A stretch of 64,000 bases of DNA, from assembly GCA_000934665.2 (NCBI GenBank), contig JYFJ02001471.1, forward strand, positions 1 through 64,000, given 5' to 3'. The stretch comes from Catajapyx aquilonaris. Its lineage: Eukaryota. A model generated the notes under the pieces. That model saw only the letters and a list, made by a program, of their open reading frames with translations, ran no database searches and was not told the origin of the DNA. The position numbers and the translations under genes are program-made. Positions 1-25,326 of this stretch are shown here, in pieces; within the stretch, counting starts at the first letter, position 1; each line of letters opens with the position of its first letter.

Positions 1-483
1 ATTTACTGAGTAGCTTGAATGTTTAATGGTCCACAGATTGGCTTATTAGCATTAGGATGGCTGATGGACAAAGGCGCTTTGATCATCACCATACTACGAA
101 CCTAATTATTGTGTAAAATGCGAAAGTAAGATCTCTGGGTTACATTTATCCATAAGGTTGAAGATCTTACGCAGCCCAGTCTTGTTTCAGTCATTTCTAT
201 CCGTTACTTGGATCTTACTTTCCTTTTTTTTTTGCAATTCCGTAGGGAATTAGTTTTTGTGATAATATGCTTTAGAGTGGATTTACTTCTGGGGAACTGT
301 TCTTTTGTGAAGGTATACCATCAGGCAGGTGCAAAGGAACAATGGAACAGCATGAATGCTTGTACCTCTTAAGTTCAATAGCAATCCTGGGTCTGCAGTT
401 ACCCCTTTGGCTGCTCTCCACTAACATTTCAGAAAGACAAAATAATACGTACTTTGGAGAGTACTTTTTTTTTCCCAATGGGA

Positions 484-672
484 CTTAACGTCGGCCTATT
501 TCTGCCACAAGGCTCAACACCGATGCCAGAGGGTGGTGGTCCTCCTGAAAATTTGGCCACTCTGGGGATCTTCAATGTGGACTCGCGCAATGTCACAAGC
601 ACGTGGGACCGACGGCCTTACTTCCCCTCCCGGAGAAAAGTCACCGACCTCGGCTGGGTTCGAACCCACAAC
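484..672 (-). mobile_element. Truncated tRNA-derived SINE fragment
   Basis: Minus strand reads GTGGGTTCGAACCCAGCCGAGG (Pol III B-box) near 650-670; the GGGACCGACGGCCTTACTTCCCCTCC body resembles common arthropod SINEs. No A-box or TSD seen; boundaries approximate. Confidence 0.5.
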
Positions 673-1089
673 TGCAGTAATATTTAAAATGTTTTAGATT
701 CACCAGCTTACTTGTTCGTACATGTTACTACACAACAGGTAACAGGCTGCCCGTTACTGGGAAACAACAAAGTGCAACATAAATGAGATCATTGGATCTC
801 ACTGGTGCAGGAAGCACAGCACAAAAGTGTTGCCCACATTTTTCAGGATCGAAAAACCCAAGTCCCAGCACCTGGAAGCATGCAGTGGAACAAGTGAACC
901 AGACGGTACCGTCTGGTACCGTATAAATGGTATAATACCAAGAGCTTGATAATACAATGCAGCACACTCATCTTTTTATCTGCGTGTATTGCTGTGTCAC
1001 TTTAATGCTAATGAGAATTAATGATTAATATTCAACACATGTTTTATTGTTCCCTTTTATTTTAATACAGTACATACAGTCGTGACATA

Positions 1090-1372
1090 CAGTAGCCTCC
1101 CTCCCCTCCCACCTGCCCTCNCCCCCCCCCCCATCCATTTTAGATGCGCAGAGCGTGATGCGCGCAGATTCAGTGAGAGGACATCAATGGCGGAGGTCAC
1201 GTGACCCGGAGCGCTGCTCGCCCTCCCCCCTTTGGCCTCTTCTCTGCAACCATCCATATTCCCTAGTGTCGGACGAGAGGTAGATTCGCCCAGGGGCAGG
1301 GATCGTTGCACCCGCCGGCAGGGACTAGCTGGGGTGGAAGGAGCGGTGCAGCGGGCCAGCCCTGGCGGAGAG
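1090..1372 (+). promoter_or_regulatory. GC/CpG-rich promoter and 5' UTR of U2SURP
   Basis: GC-rich island directly upstream of ATG 1373; YY1-like AATGGCGG at 1186-1193 and palindromic E-box GGTCACGTGACC at 1195-1206. Confidence 0.6.
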
Positions 1373-12818
<11,446 letters not shown>

Positions 12819-13180
12819 GAGAGTTGTTTCCTTCCAAATGAGTGTGTGATTTTTTCAAATGCTCCTCCCCATATGCAATGTATTATGGTTACTTTCCCCG
12901 ACTTATTTGGAAAATGAGATGTAGATTTCAAAATTGTGATTCTTATGCCGCAATCTTGTTACGTGATTACTTTTGATTAGGACTGGTTGCGTGGTGAATC
13001 CAGAACAAGTGATTAACCTTATGCAAGAATCATGGATCAACCACCTGTTCTTGATTTACATTCTGTGGTGCAACCAGGCCTTAGTGGCAAGGTGTGGAAC
13101 CAGTTGTTTAATTTAGGTTTTGCATTCCCAGCATTTAAAAACATTTTTTTCTTGTGTCTTAATTTCCAAGGCATGTCTGT

Positions 13181-13219
13181 AATAAAGACTGACTAGCCAC
13201 AATAGTCATTTTATTTATT
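13181..13219. terminator. Facing polyadenylation signals of U2SURP (+) and LCMT1 (-)
   Basis: AATAAA at 13181-13186 on +; TTTATT at 13210-13215 and 13214-13219 (AATAAA on -). Confidence 0.6.
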
Positions 13220-13503
13220 CACAGTTTAGAGCTACAGTTAAACACTAGTATTACACACATGATCGACACTGAAAACACATTAACAGCCAACGAAGAATTT
13301 GAAAAATAATAACATTTTTTGGCATATCAATGAACGAAATGAGCCAACACTTGTTCCAACAAGGACTAACGCGTCAGAGGTCCATGTCCTTCTTTTTAAT
13401 ACCCCAGGTGTTGCACAGCAGCCATCTTGTTCTTTTGGCTCAATGACTAGCACCAGCTGAATGTGAGTGGCGTTTATATTAATAGTGAGCAGCAACCGGG
13501 GAG

Positions 13504-14631
<1,128 letters not shown>

Positions 14632-14879
14632 TTAAAATTTGCAGGCGGATCAGGGACAAAACTCTCTCTCTCTGGACACACACACTCAGAGTGACATTTT
14701 GACGCATCCACTTTTATTACCGATGGGAGACGCCATGACACTTTTTGGCGCAGAGGCAGGGTGATCAGGTGCAGCGGGCACATCCTGGGAGTTGGAGGAA
14801 GAAAAGATTCGAGTTAAGGCACCAAAAATGAATCCAAAGGCGATGGAAAGATAGGCGCACATTTGCACTCAATTGTAAC

Positions 14880-15300
14880 AATCGAGATGGAACATGCGGC
14901 AGGGTTGTCAGGGCGTGTTTATACTACGCAGCATTTGAAGTTGCAAGTCTGTGCGCATGCGCGTGTTATGAGGTCTGATTGCTTATTGGCTGGAATTATC
15001 ACAACTTCTTGCTGTGATTGGTGCAAGTGGCGACATTAAGTGATGTTAACACTTTCTGGCGATACTAGTCGATCTGTACCAATTCTCTAATTACATAAAT
15101 TAAATTTATATTAACTGCTATTAACTCTGATTATAATTTATGCACACTGTGACACATACATGAGGTACAAAACTGCATGAAAAACATTGCATGATGGATT
15201 AGTTGTTCCAGGTTCCGAATTGGCGCCTTTGGTCATTCTTCTCCTAGTCGACCCAACGGTGACCTGCAGCTGTCGGGAAGGGACGAAGAAAGGCTACACG
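14880..15300. promoter_or_regulatory. Putative bidirectional promoter LCMT1/POLD3
   Basis: Head-to-head genes; NRF1/Ewg-type palindrome GCGCATGCGC at 14953-14962 and inverted CCAAT boxes (ATTGG) at about 14985 and 15017. Confidence 0.55.
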
Positions 15301-18300
15301 ATGGATGACCCGGAGCAGGCCATGGAGACGATAGAGGCCCAGGTGTTTGACGAGGACAAAATTGTGAGCCGCTGGGTTGTCAATTTCGATTTGACTTGGG
15401 GGGATGTCATATGTGCCGGGACATTAGCCATAAGCTCCATAGTTTTGGTCGCGGTAAAAATGGGTTCCAATACTTCCACAGGTTACGTACAAGTGGCTCA
15501 GCATCACCCTGAGTGTGCCTGCAACCACTGCCAAGAGGTAGTCACTTTCTTGATGTTTGTTGCGGCATTGTTACTTACTTTTGCTTTGTATTGTAGGATG
15601 TTGGCTGAATTTTTGGCTCAACATGCTGGTAAAAAGGATGTGACTGCTACTTATTACATATCAGGCCAAAGTTCTGCGCTTGATGGTAGTGTACAGCAGC
15701 GAAAGATGGCAGTTGTTCGGGACAAAGACTGTGATGAGTTCAAGCGTAAGCTTGTCAAGGTTGAGTCTGAGCATGTGTACAGTGTCCAGAAAGGGCCCAT
15801 AAAGGATCTGAAACTACTGTTTGAAGCTGATGAGGAGCAGGTGTTGTCTGCATTGAAGACTGGAAAAATGTAAGATATTAAATAGTTTGTGTTACACTGC
15901 TTGTTGTCTATGATTTGGATTCTGGTTTGCAGATTTAACTCTATCAAGTATAAGAAAGCCGGCCAATACTCTGAGGAGCAACTCTACAAATTGTGTGAGG
16001 AATCAAGACGTAGGTTTCAGCCTGAAGTAGTGTCAACTCCAGTGCTGGCCAAGAAGAAGCCTGTCGAAGAAGTCAAAAAAGAGACCAAAAAGGAACCAGC
16101 AACCACACCAGGTTCAGCAGAAGTGAAAAAGTCTGAAGATGACAGTACTCCAACCAATGGAAGTCAGAAATCAAGTATTGGCAGTGGGAAGAGTCCGGGA
16201 GCCATGTTCTTTGCCCTTGCAGATAAGAAACAGCAACAGAAACAAGGGAAAAAGGGGTCACAAACTGCCAACAGGAAGAACACTCAGAAGATGACATCAT
16301 TTTTCAGTCGTACTCCTGCAACAAAATTTGATGATAGCCAACTATCAAAATCATGTGGTAGTAAAGGGGCAGAGACACCATTAGAACTTGAAAACAGCAC
16401 AAATACTACTGAGAAGGTAAGCATTACATGCACAGGTGGTCAAGTATTATTTTAGTTGGGAGGTGATAACCATGGTAGTTCTGTTCATATCTGCTTGATT
16501 TTCAATTTTTTGAATAGGCCTACTCCTAGCTCATTTTTTTGGAAGTTCCACTACCAGCCAGCCATTGAATTCGGTACAGTACAGCATTGGACATTCATCC
16601 AGTCATACTGCTAGTGACATTTTCTGAAGCAGCCGAAGAACGAATCTTGCTTGCACCGCTTGCACTATCCATATCTTTGATTTGTTCTTCTGCCGCTTCG
16701 GAAAATGTTGCTAGCAGTATGACTCAATTAATGTCCAACACTGTACTATTCCCTCCTATTCCATTCCTATTCCATTCCCTTCAATTCATTAATTTCATGT
16801 TACTGCAGTTCCACTCATTGTCAGTACCATTGACCATTTATTTTCCATTCAATTAATCTCTCCAGTTGTAATTAATTATTATCTGAATTGAATCGTGCCA
16901 GTTTCATTTGTACAATCATGTATAAAATTGTTACATGAAATGCTGACTTTCTTTTCCAGAAGGCAAGCAGTGCAGAGGTTCAACCCTCCAAAAAGACAGG
17001 TGGAATTTCTAGTTTCTTTGGAAAAGGGCCCTCCAAAGTTAAGGAGGGAAAACAAAAGGACGATCCAAAACGAGAGACCTCAACCGCTGAGGAGGAGAAG
17101 CCAAAATGTGAGCCAGAAATTAAGCCGGTAACAAATGGTCGTAAAGCACCAGCGAAAGCAAAGCAGAATGTATCAGCTCCTAAAAACAAAGGGAAACCAA
17201 AGGTGTCCCAAGCCAGGAAGAAGAGTCGAAATGATGACAGTTCTGATGAAGAGAACCCACTGCCAAGCAAGAGAAGGAAGAGGATAATTCAGCCTATGTC
17301 TAGCAGTGAAAGTGAAGGTAAATATCCGAACATTTTCTCTTCATTTAAATAGTGCAAATGAACTTACATTTATGTGACAGATGTGTGCCTGACAGTGCCC
17401 TCATAAACATTAAATATAACATACACATAAGAGGAGATAGCAGAAGCTATCTATGCATACTTCTAATGTGTTTTAATTCATGCCTGTGGGCTGTTTTCTT
17501 AGTGTTTCATACTGCTTCCAATCATGAAAATTAAGCTTTAATGCAAGTTTATCACAGGTATAAATTGTGCTTTTTATACTTGTAAAAATAATGACAGCGT
17601 TATTGAGGGGCTGACTGTTGTGTGGTCTGGGAGCTCCAAGAGCTTCATCGATAGTAGCTTTGTCTGCTGGAAAACATTATTTTTCCATCTATTTGATATG
17701 TCTCGTATTAGTCATTCCATGTGAAATGGGCCAGGGTGGTTGCTCGACCATCTAGTTAATTTTTTATATTTTCACCACAGGTAGCCTTGATATTGACTTG
17801 CTCAAAACTGTTTTTCTTAATTTTTTTTTCTGCCACCATGTTGGATTTATACTCATTTTTCTTCAACGCGGTGAGCGAAAGCGAGCAGTTGAAAGGGTTC
17901 TGAAAAAATGCTACTGTGTGGTATCTATTCAAGATAGGATGTTCGGGTTTTCATTTCTGAAAGGAGAGGTCTTGGCCTTTCAGAAAATGTACATACATGT
18001 AGGATAAAACTTTAGTAACTGGGACTTTAATGGTCATACTAAAGCTGCCAAAATGATAAATTTTGCCATTTTCAAATGCCTGTGAAATCAGAAGGGCTTA
18101 AAACAACAGCATGGATATTTTTTTTCAAGAGCTTTGACTGGGAGGGGATCCAGCCGTGGTAAAATAAATTCGCGGTTGCAAGGCCCTTCTGGCCTATTTT
18201 TGGTCAGAAATTGGAGAATTTTCGAAATTTGCGTACTTCAAGGTCAAATATCTCAAAAAGTCTAATTTTCAAAATTCTGCAATTTTGGCCATGGATACTC

Positions 18301-19666
18301 TTACTAGTACTTAGTAAAAAATCATGACAAAAACCTTGGGATTTTCACTTTTACTGTCTCGCTGTGAAACCCAGATGCCCGTAGCCACTAAGGCCGAAAG
18401 TCGCGTACAGTTACTGCATCCATCCCCGCTGGGTTGGGGGGGGGGAAGGAGGGGCGCCCCAGAAAGCATCCGATCTACTATAAAAGCAACGTCAAGAGGC
18501 TTCTACGGTCTGCTTGCTACTGGGGGTTGGATAAAGCGATGGAGGCGCGACTGGATGCCGGGAATGTTTAGGCATAGGCCTTCCCAAAAAAAAAATGGGA
18601 GGTGAAAAAGTGGTNCTTTCAACCTCCAAGGATAGGGAAGGAAGGAAGCGGCTGTGGCCTATTATACGGAAGCGACCCCGGAATTATCCTAGAAAGACCG
18701 TGGAAAACCACAGAAAACCACGGTCAGGGTTGCCGGCCCCGGGATTCGAACCCAGGACCTCCCGATTAGCAGTCGGACGCCCTATCCACTATGCCAACCT
18801 GCTTCGGTCAGAGACTATGAGGCTTTGGCTTTTTCAGATCAGACAGACATAAACATGACTAAACAATTAAAAACTGAAACAACAGTTGAGTGGGTAAGCA
18901 GAAATAAGGCCACATCTAGGCCTACATCTATAGTAAAGCCACATCTGCCCATCTTCTCATGAGAGCAAGCTGAAGTTTTACTTCTGTATCATTCTTTCTG
19001 GTTTCCAGCCAATATTTGTAGTTTTGTTACGTCCCATAGCTCAGGTGTCCAGTAGTCCCTTGAGCACTTCAGGTTTTATCTCATTGGAATACGAATATCT
19101 TGCACCAGTGTTTTAAAAAAAATCTTGATTGCATTTTTTGTTTTTGATGAAAAAGGAGTAGCCCAAGTTATGAGAACTTTAATATGGTTAAGTAAGGTTA
19201 CCAGTGTTTTAAATTCAATATTAACGTAATTGACATCGATTTTTCAGAGTCTGATAGTGAAGATCCATTCCCATCTCCGGAACCAATGCCAATTGACGAT
19301 GAAGGTGAAGGTCCAGAAGTGAAAAAAGAATCTGAAATTCTGCCAAGTACCAAAAAGAGAACGATGAAAACTATTGAAAAGACTTATCAGGATGAAGAAG
19401 GATATTTCGGTATACATAAAAAATATACAGTGTGATTCTGTGTTCTTAATGAGAGTAGGAGCATTCTATTCTCTGTTACTCTCGGTGCTTTTTTAGTGAC
19501 AAAAAAGGAAAAGGTTACCTGCACAGACTCAGAAGATGAGGAGAATCCTATACCGCCATCACTATCAAAAGAAAAAGTAGTATCGAAAAAAGAGGCAGTT
19601 CCAAAGAGGCAGTCTCCAAGAAAGACAAAGCAAGCAACACTCAGTAGTTTTTTCAGTATGAAGTAA
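15301..19666 (+). CDS. POLD3: DNA polymerase delta subunit 3 (p66/Cdc27/Pol32), about 521 aa; exons 15301-15363, 15482-15537, 15597-15869, 15933-16416, 16960-17317, 19248-19409, 19497-19666
   Basis: N-terminal DEDKIVTYKWLSITLSV...AKRMLAEF and HVYSVQK; Lys/Glu-rich disordered middle; KTYQDEEGYFVTKKE motif; C-terminal PIP box KQATLSSFF. 1566 nt in frame. Confidence 0.92.
16578..16747. mobile_element. Small palindromic MITE-like hairpin in POLD3 intron 4
   Basis: AGTACAGCATTGGACATT...AGTCATACTGCTAG...GAAGAACGAATC pairs with GATTTGTTCTTC...CTAGCAGTATGACT...AATGTCCAACACTGTACT (about 69-bp arms). Confidence 0.75.
18630..18809 (-). mobile_element. tRNA-derived SINE (head and conserved body; may extend to about 18400)
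   Basis: Minus strand A-box TGGCATAGTGG (18796-18786) and B-box GGTTCGAATCC (18752-18742); plus-strand body GGAAGGAAGCGGCTGTGGCCTA...GGAAAACCAC typical of insect SINEs. Confidence 0.75.
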
Positions 19667-22600
19667 TTTTACACCAAAGGTAGGGCACATTTTCATTTTC
19701 TTAATTTTAAATTTAATTTATGCTGTGAAGTTCTGATTTCTTTGTTCCCCATAAGGTGAAAGGACTGCTGGATAATGCCTTCATCACACATGATTAGTTC
19801 AGGTAATTATATATTTTGGTCATGGAGTCCTTACTGTGAATTGTATTAAAAGTTTTTCATGAATTTACAATACTGAGTTTTATTACCTGTTACCTGAGGT
19901 ACAGTGTGTAGTGGGTACAGTACATGATCACTGAAGCCAAAAATTCACATGATGAGGGGTTGCAGAAAAATTATATTGGATCCATGCCATATTATTTCCA
20001 TTATTTTTTATATACAAGTTGGGTCAGACCTTGCAGGAAAACAAAAAAAGAGAGGGTTTTCTAAAGTGGCCTTGAACGTCCCAAAATAACACTTCAGCAG
20101 TTCAGCAACGAACATTACCTTTGGAACTGCCAAGGTCTAACAGTCAAAGTCGACCCATTCGCTCCCGAAGAATACCATTTCAGCAGATTCCATAAAAAAG
20201 CAATATCTTCCCCTAACTACTTCCGTACCCAATATCTTTTCAAAATGAGGGGTGAGCGATTGTCACAGTGAGGAACTCATCAACAACAGCTATAGGTTTT
20301 ATTTTCAGGCATTGTCATCAAAGGGATTTAAAAGTGCTGTCCTTTCGTATTAATCTGTCTGGCCCAAGACCCATCCCCTGTTGTTGTCTTTTTTTCTCTC
20401 CCCCTAGGATCTTGTTTGAATGACCAACTTAGGGAACAGTTAACTTAATTCAGGAAAGTACTAGACCAGTTTGCTGCTCTCAGCCCCTTTCCTTTTATCC
20501 CATTGCCAAGAATTTATTACAGTAAGAGGAACATTGATCAAAGTTTGGCTTACTGTACGACCAGGGAGGGACATTTAAAAAAAAGAAAGAAGAGGAGAAG
20601 AAACTGTAGGACGCCCAGAAAAATCAGTGTTGATAAACTATACAGCTTAGCTTGTGAGCACACTTTATTTTAGTGGCAATTTTCCTGCAAAATGCCACCC
20701 TTGTTTACTCCCATTGCTCCCACACCGCATGCACATCTCGGAAGAAGTAAACAAGATCCATAGCCCATTTAGCTCATATTGACGCAAAATGCACTCAGGT
20801 CTGAATTATCAAGCCCCCTCATAAGAGCTGCTGAAAGGATTTATTATCCATGGAGGGACTTGGTCACTCCAGGGTCATATACAAATTTTATGGCACCAAC
20901 CTCATTTTGGACACTGGATTTTTTTTTTTTCTGTGCTAAGAAGTGGGTGAGGGTTAAGAGTCGTGTGGGTGGATGTATGGCCCCATGGTCTTAATATATC
21001 GTCTGGAGTATCCCCTTCTAATCGGCCTAATGCTCTGGAGGCACCCCTATACCCGTAAACCCTGGTTGGAAGACATCCTAATGGCTCCCTCTTTCTCAGA
21101 GGGGATTTAGACGCCTTATAGGAAAGTCGTTTCGACACCAATTTCATGTGCTTGAAACAAAAAAGGGCATGATTATGGCCCTCCCTGATAAGAGAGGAGA
21201 ATGGCCTTGACACTATCAAACTATCACAGTAGGGTGTAATCGGGTTTGAATCGTCCATACCGTGATAGGGCCCACTTCCTCTCTAGGACTTTAACCCTGT
21301 TCGTTTTCCTGTACTAGGTACGAATCTTTATTGTCCCCTACCTATACCAGACATCATAATGTTATTTTCAGGTCTGTTATCGATGGTCCTGACCTATGGC
21401 TATTCAGTCCCAGGGAACGCACAAAAGCTAGACTGATTTATGACCGATTAGCACTCAGGTGATACATTGTTCCAGACTGTCATACTCGTAAATAGGAGGG
21501 GCTATTGTGCCACATTTTGAACATTTTAACTGAACGTTAAGAGGTAACTGTAGTTAAGTTCTTAGAATGTGATTGGAGGCTGGGCCAGAAGCGTGCCAAC
21601 CATTTTGAAAGTGTTCAGTAAGGATTTGTGAAGAGAAGAGAGCTTGAGAAAGGAAGAGGGGGGGGGNGGGGGGTGGATGTAGGAAAGAAGGAGGAGTTGG
21701 ATGTATTTATCTTACAGCCTTCGTGCCAACGGGGAATAAAAGACCAAAGGGACGGGATGGGAATGGGTGTCAACTAAATCTTTTCTTGCCACTTTCTACT
21801 ACTTTACTTTGTCTAAACTTGTTGCAGCCCCTCATAAAACCAGAGAAAAAGAAACACTCTTTTTTTTTGCAGGTTATCCACATCGCAAATTACTGACAAA
21901 TAGTGGTTTATGTATAAAATTGCGATATTAGATTAATTTTTTGACCCTTTGCCAAAAATTCGGGTGGGTTAAACAAATGAGGCGCTCTATGAGTTTGATC
22001 TATTACTCTCCATTGGAGTGTAATAAGGTAAAGTGGATGAGCCAAAATGATTCAGTGTTAATGAAGTCCGGGCAAAACGGATTTCATTCCACAATAAGCG
22101 AACTGCACGGNTTTTTTTTTTTTTTTTTTTTTTTTTGGTCGGAGGGGGGAAGGCGGGTTGGAAGGGAGGGGAGCGGGGTTAATGCTCGTTTTTTCAAGTG
22201 TCCGTGTGACATCTGCAGCGTAACACGATTAATGGTACTGGTACAGTGTAGACTGCTTTATATTTAATTACTAGAGCTTGCGGCGGGTTCTGAGGTTAAA
22301 GCTCTGGCCTAGTACTACAATGGGTTCGATATATAGGGATGACGAATGTTTGTTTATTAATCCTAAGCAGGGTCTACCTTAAGGCTACTTGTGGGTTGTG
22401 GGTATATGTATGGTGGTGTCACGTGGGGAGGTTCGGGCCTCGGACCCTAGAGGGTGTTAGGGAGGCTCTTGCAAGATGGGGGTTGTTGGGAAACTCCCTA
22501 GCTACATATTAATTTACTGATGAAATTGAGGAACTAGATAGCTTCCCAACTTCTTATCTCCCTATAGGCCACCCAAAGTTTTATTGCTTCAGCAGAAAAG

Positions 22601-25169
22601 TAGTTCTCTCAAACTTTGTGCGCTGCATTTGTAACTATGTTAGACCATGCACTTCGACGATGAACCGAAAGCCATGTGTTAATTGGATGCGAGCCTTAAT
22701 ACGCGCGAGTTGTTTCCTTTCCAAGATAGAAGCTGGAGGGAAGTGGCTTAGCTCTGGTGGAAATCAAGGACATAAACTGTCTGGCGAGGCTTTTTGCCCG
22801 TCGTGGAGCCCCAGACCAGACCTCTCGAATCCACTCCCAACCGTGAAATACGCACGTTTGGAGGTAAAACCTTCCCGCCAAAAAGGGTCTGTTTTTCCCA
22901 GAGATCCCGGAGAGTGCACGCATAAGTGATTGCCTGGTGCAGCTCTGGTGCAAGAATTCTTACAGAAGGTTGGAAACTGAAGAAAATCTATTGGAAATGA
23001 ATTTTCTTGCGATGCTAACTAAGCTAATAATATTTAAAATAACTAATAATTGCAAACACTAAACGAGCAACAGGGATGTAAATGAACATACTTGTCAGGA
23101 TAAGAGCGCTACTTTTCACTTTTCATCCTTGCATGATGCAACTCAAATTACAATGGTGTCCATACATATCATTGCTCAATATTCAAATATTCTGATTAAC
23201 ATCAGCACTCACGAACCTAACATAATAGTCCTGATAATGTAGAGTCTATTCTCCGTAGTCGTCATGTTGATCGTGGAATAAAAAAAATGATGGCGACCTA
23301 GCCTTCTAGTATGGGGTAATCGTTTTCGGGGATTTTAATTGTGAACTGCCTCGCAATGCGGTCATCTCAGTTTAGGTAGCAAAAATGAGACCCGAAGTAC
23401 TGTACTTAACATGGAATTTACGAGGCTTATAAAAAGAGAGCACCTAACAATCGTGCGGTTGAAAACTCTCATTTTGACTGCATCCGTTTTCTCTACCCCG
23501 AAATTGAGCGATAGGCCTTGCAGGGTCCCCCCCTACTATTCGGATTATTTACGAATGCGCCTCGTTTGATCTCGTTAAATTCTGCAGAATTTGCGTCAGA
23601 AATATATGCAAGACCTTTTTGATGGTTTGAATGCCTGCTTTCTTTTTAGAGAGGCGGAGCTTCCATTCATAGCATTGAGCGATTTATTCTAGTCGGTGCT
23701 TTTGCTTTATAGTTAACCCTTATTCAAGGGGACAGAAATAACAGCTTGCCCCTCCGGATATCTGCATTGATGTATACGAACTGTGGATGAAAAGGCTGCT
23801 CTATTATTTTCTATTGTGCTCATTTCCGCCTACACTTGATGACAACTTGATTTTGCATTTATTTTAGTAGCTCGAGAGGATATAGGAGCCAACAACCTTT
23901 TTAGGAATATGATATTGAGATTTTTTCAAGTTGAAAATGGATAGTATTGTTAATATTATTTGAGTAGACGTTTCCGTTTGGTGTGAGGAATTGAGGGGGG
24001 TTGATGGGGGTTAAGGTGGGGGGTGAGAGGGGGCATATTTGGCTTATCTTCTTCCGGGCCGCCCAGACTCGTGCGTTATGGCCATGCGTGAATTCTGACT
24101 TCTTAAAATATGCCTTAGGCCAGCACACGCGTTGGTTTATGGGTGCACCAAGACATGTAGCCATTTTCTTAAACCTCACGCGATACTTTTTATATGTTCA
24201 AATAGGCAGGGTGGGCCATCTAAAAAAAATAATTGGGCAACGATTGCGGCGATTACGTAATAATTTGCGGCAAATAGTTACATAACTATGACTATTCTTT
24301 AGGACGCGACATGGACCAGAGACATTTTCCCGACGCCAATCTTCTGCGACGAATCTTCCCACCCTACCACCCACTTTTTTTTTTCTTTTTCTAAACCAAC
24401 TCTGGCGACCCCTCTTCTTGTCCAGATGGAGGGGGCGACGTCCTAGATGCCTATATCCTACATCCTATTTCGGCGTCTGGTATAGTATAGGACCCAAACC
24501 GCCCCCGGATTTTGTGACTTTTATCTGGGACCTTGAGCTCATTTCATTGCCTTGAACTCTATGGAAGATGAAGAAAAAGGAGATATGTATTTATTACGCT
24601 GCGGCTAACTTGTCTGCAGCCTTTTATTGACGTTTCCTCATAATTTTGTAGCCCTGATTTCTGAGAGGTATTGAGCCGGAAAGGGGGCTTTTCTTAACGT
24701 GCACCAATTGCACAAGAGGTCCGGAGGAAATGACATGTTTCCTGCTACAATTTCGACACCTTTCCAAGAACAGGAAAGGTTTAAGCTGATTGGAGTTGCA
24801 TTGCAGGATGTGGACTTTGAATTGTGCAACTTGTGATGTCCATACCTTATCGGGAGCATAAGGAGTAATTCGCAATTCGCAATTGGACGTAATATTTTGT
24901 GACCAGAAGCCATCGATAGTTGGAAAAAAAATGTGAAAAGTAATATCTTCCGGATAAACTTTCACAGTAATTGAATTTTTTTTCTCCCGCCGAATCTATA
25001 TTGTACAAACAGTAGAACGTGGCGTGACATATGAAAACTCTGGAGTATTTATCTTAATATTTCTTAAATAGCGTTTATGCCATTTGAAATGGGAATTTAA
25101 CAAGTGGAAAGCTTGCACCATCTAAGCCACGCGAGTTTTCACTATTTGTTATCTCAGACCAATGATCTA

Positions 25170-25326
25170 GAGTTCGTTCAACTTGAATCGGACACGAATT
25201 ATTTTTTTGAATTGAGAAGCTCAACTGTAAAAAGTGCTTCAGTCATTTTGAATCATGGAGTTCGTTCAACTTGAATCGGACACGAATTATTATTTTGAAA
25301 GTGAAAAGTGTGAAAAGTGCTTCAGT
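25170..25326. repeat. Imperfect tandem duplication, about 88-bp period
   Basis: GAGTTCGTTCAACTTGAATCGGACACGAATTATT at 25170 and 25258, each followed by AAAAGTGCTTCAGT. Confidence 0.8.

Noticed and set aside
1..478. Possible exons of a divergent upstream gene
   Set aside because: Splice-like sites exist but the translations match nothing I recognise.
898..917. Perfect 20-bp palindrome ACCAGACGGTACCGTCTGGT
   Set aside because: Real but isolated, with no context suggesting function in a palindrome-rich genome.
18730..18805. tRNA-Ser(GCT)-like cloverleaf on the minus strand
   Set aside because: Anticodon and T arms pair, but the acceptor stem does not and it runs into a SINE body; it is a SINE head.
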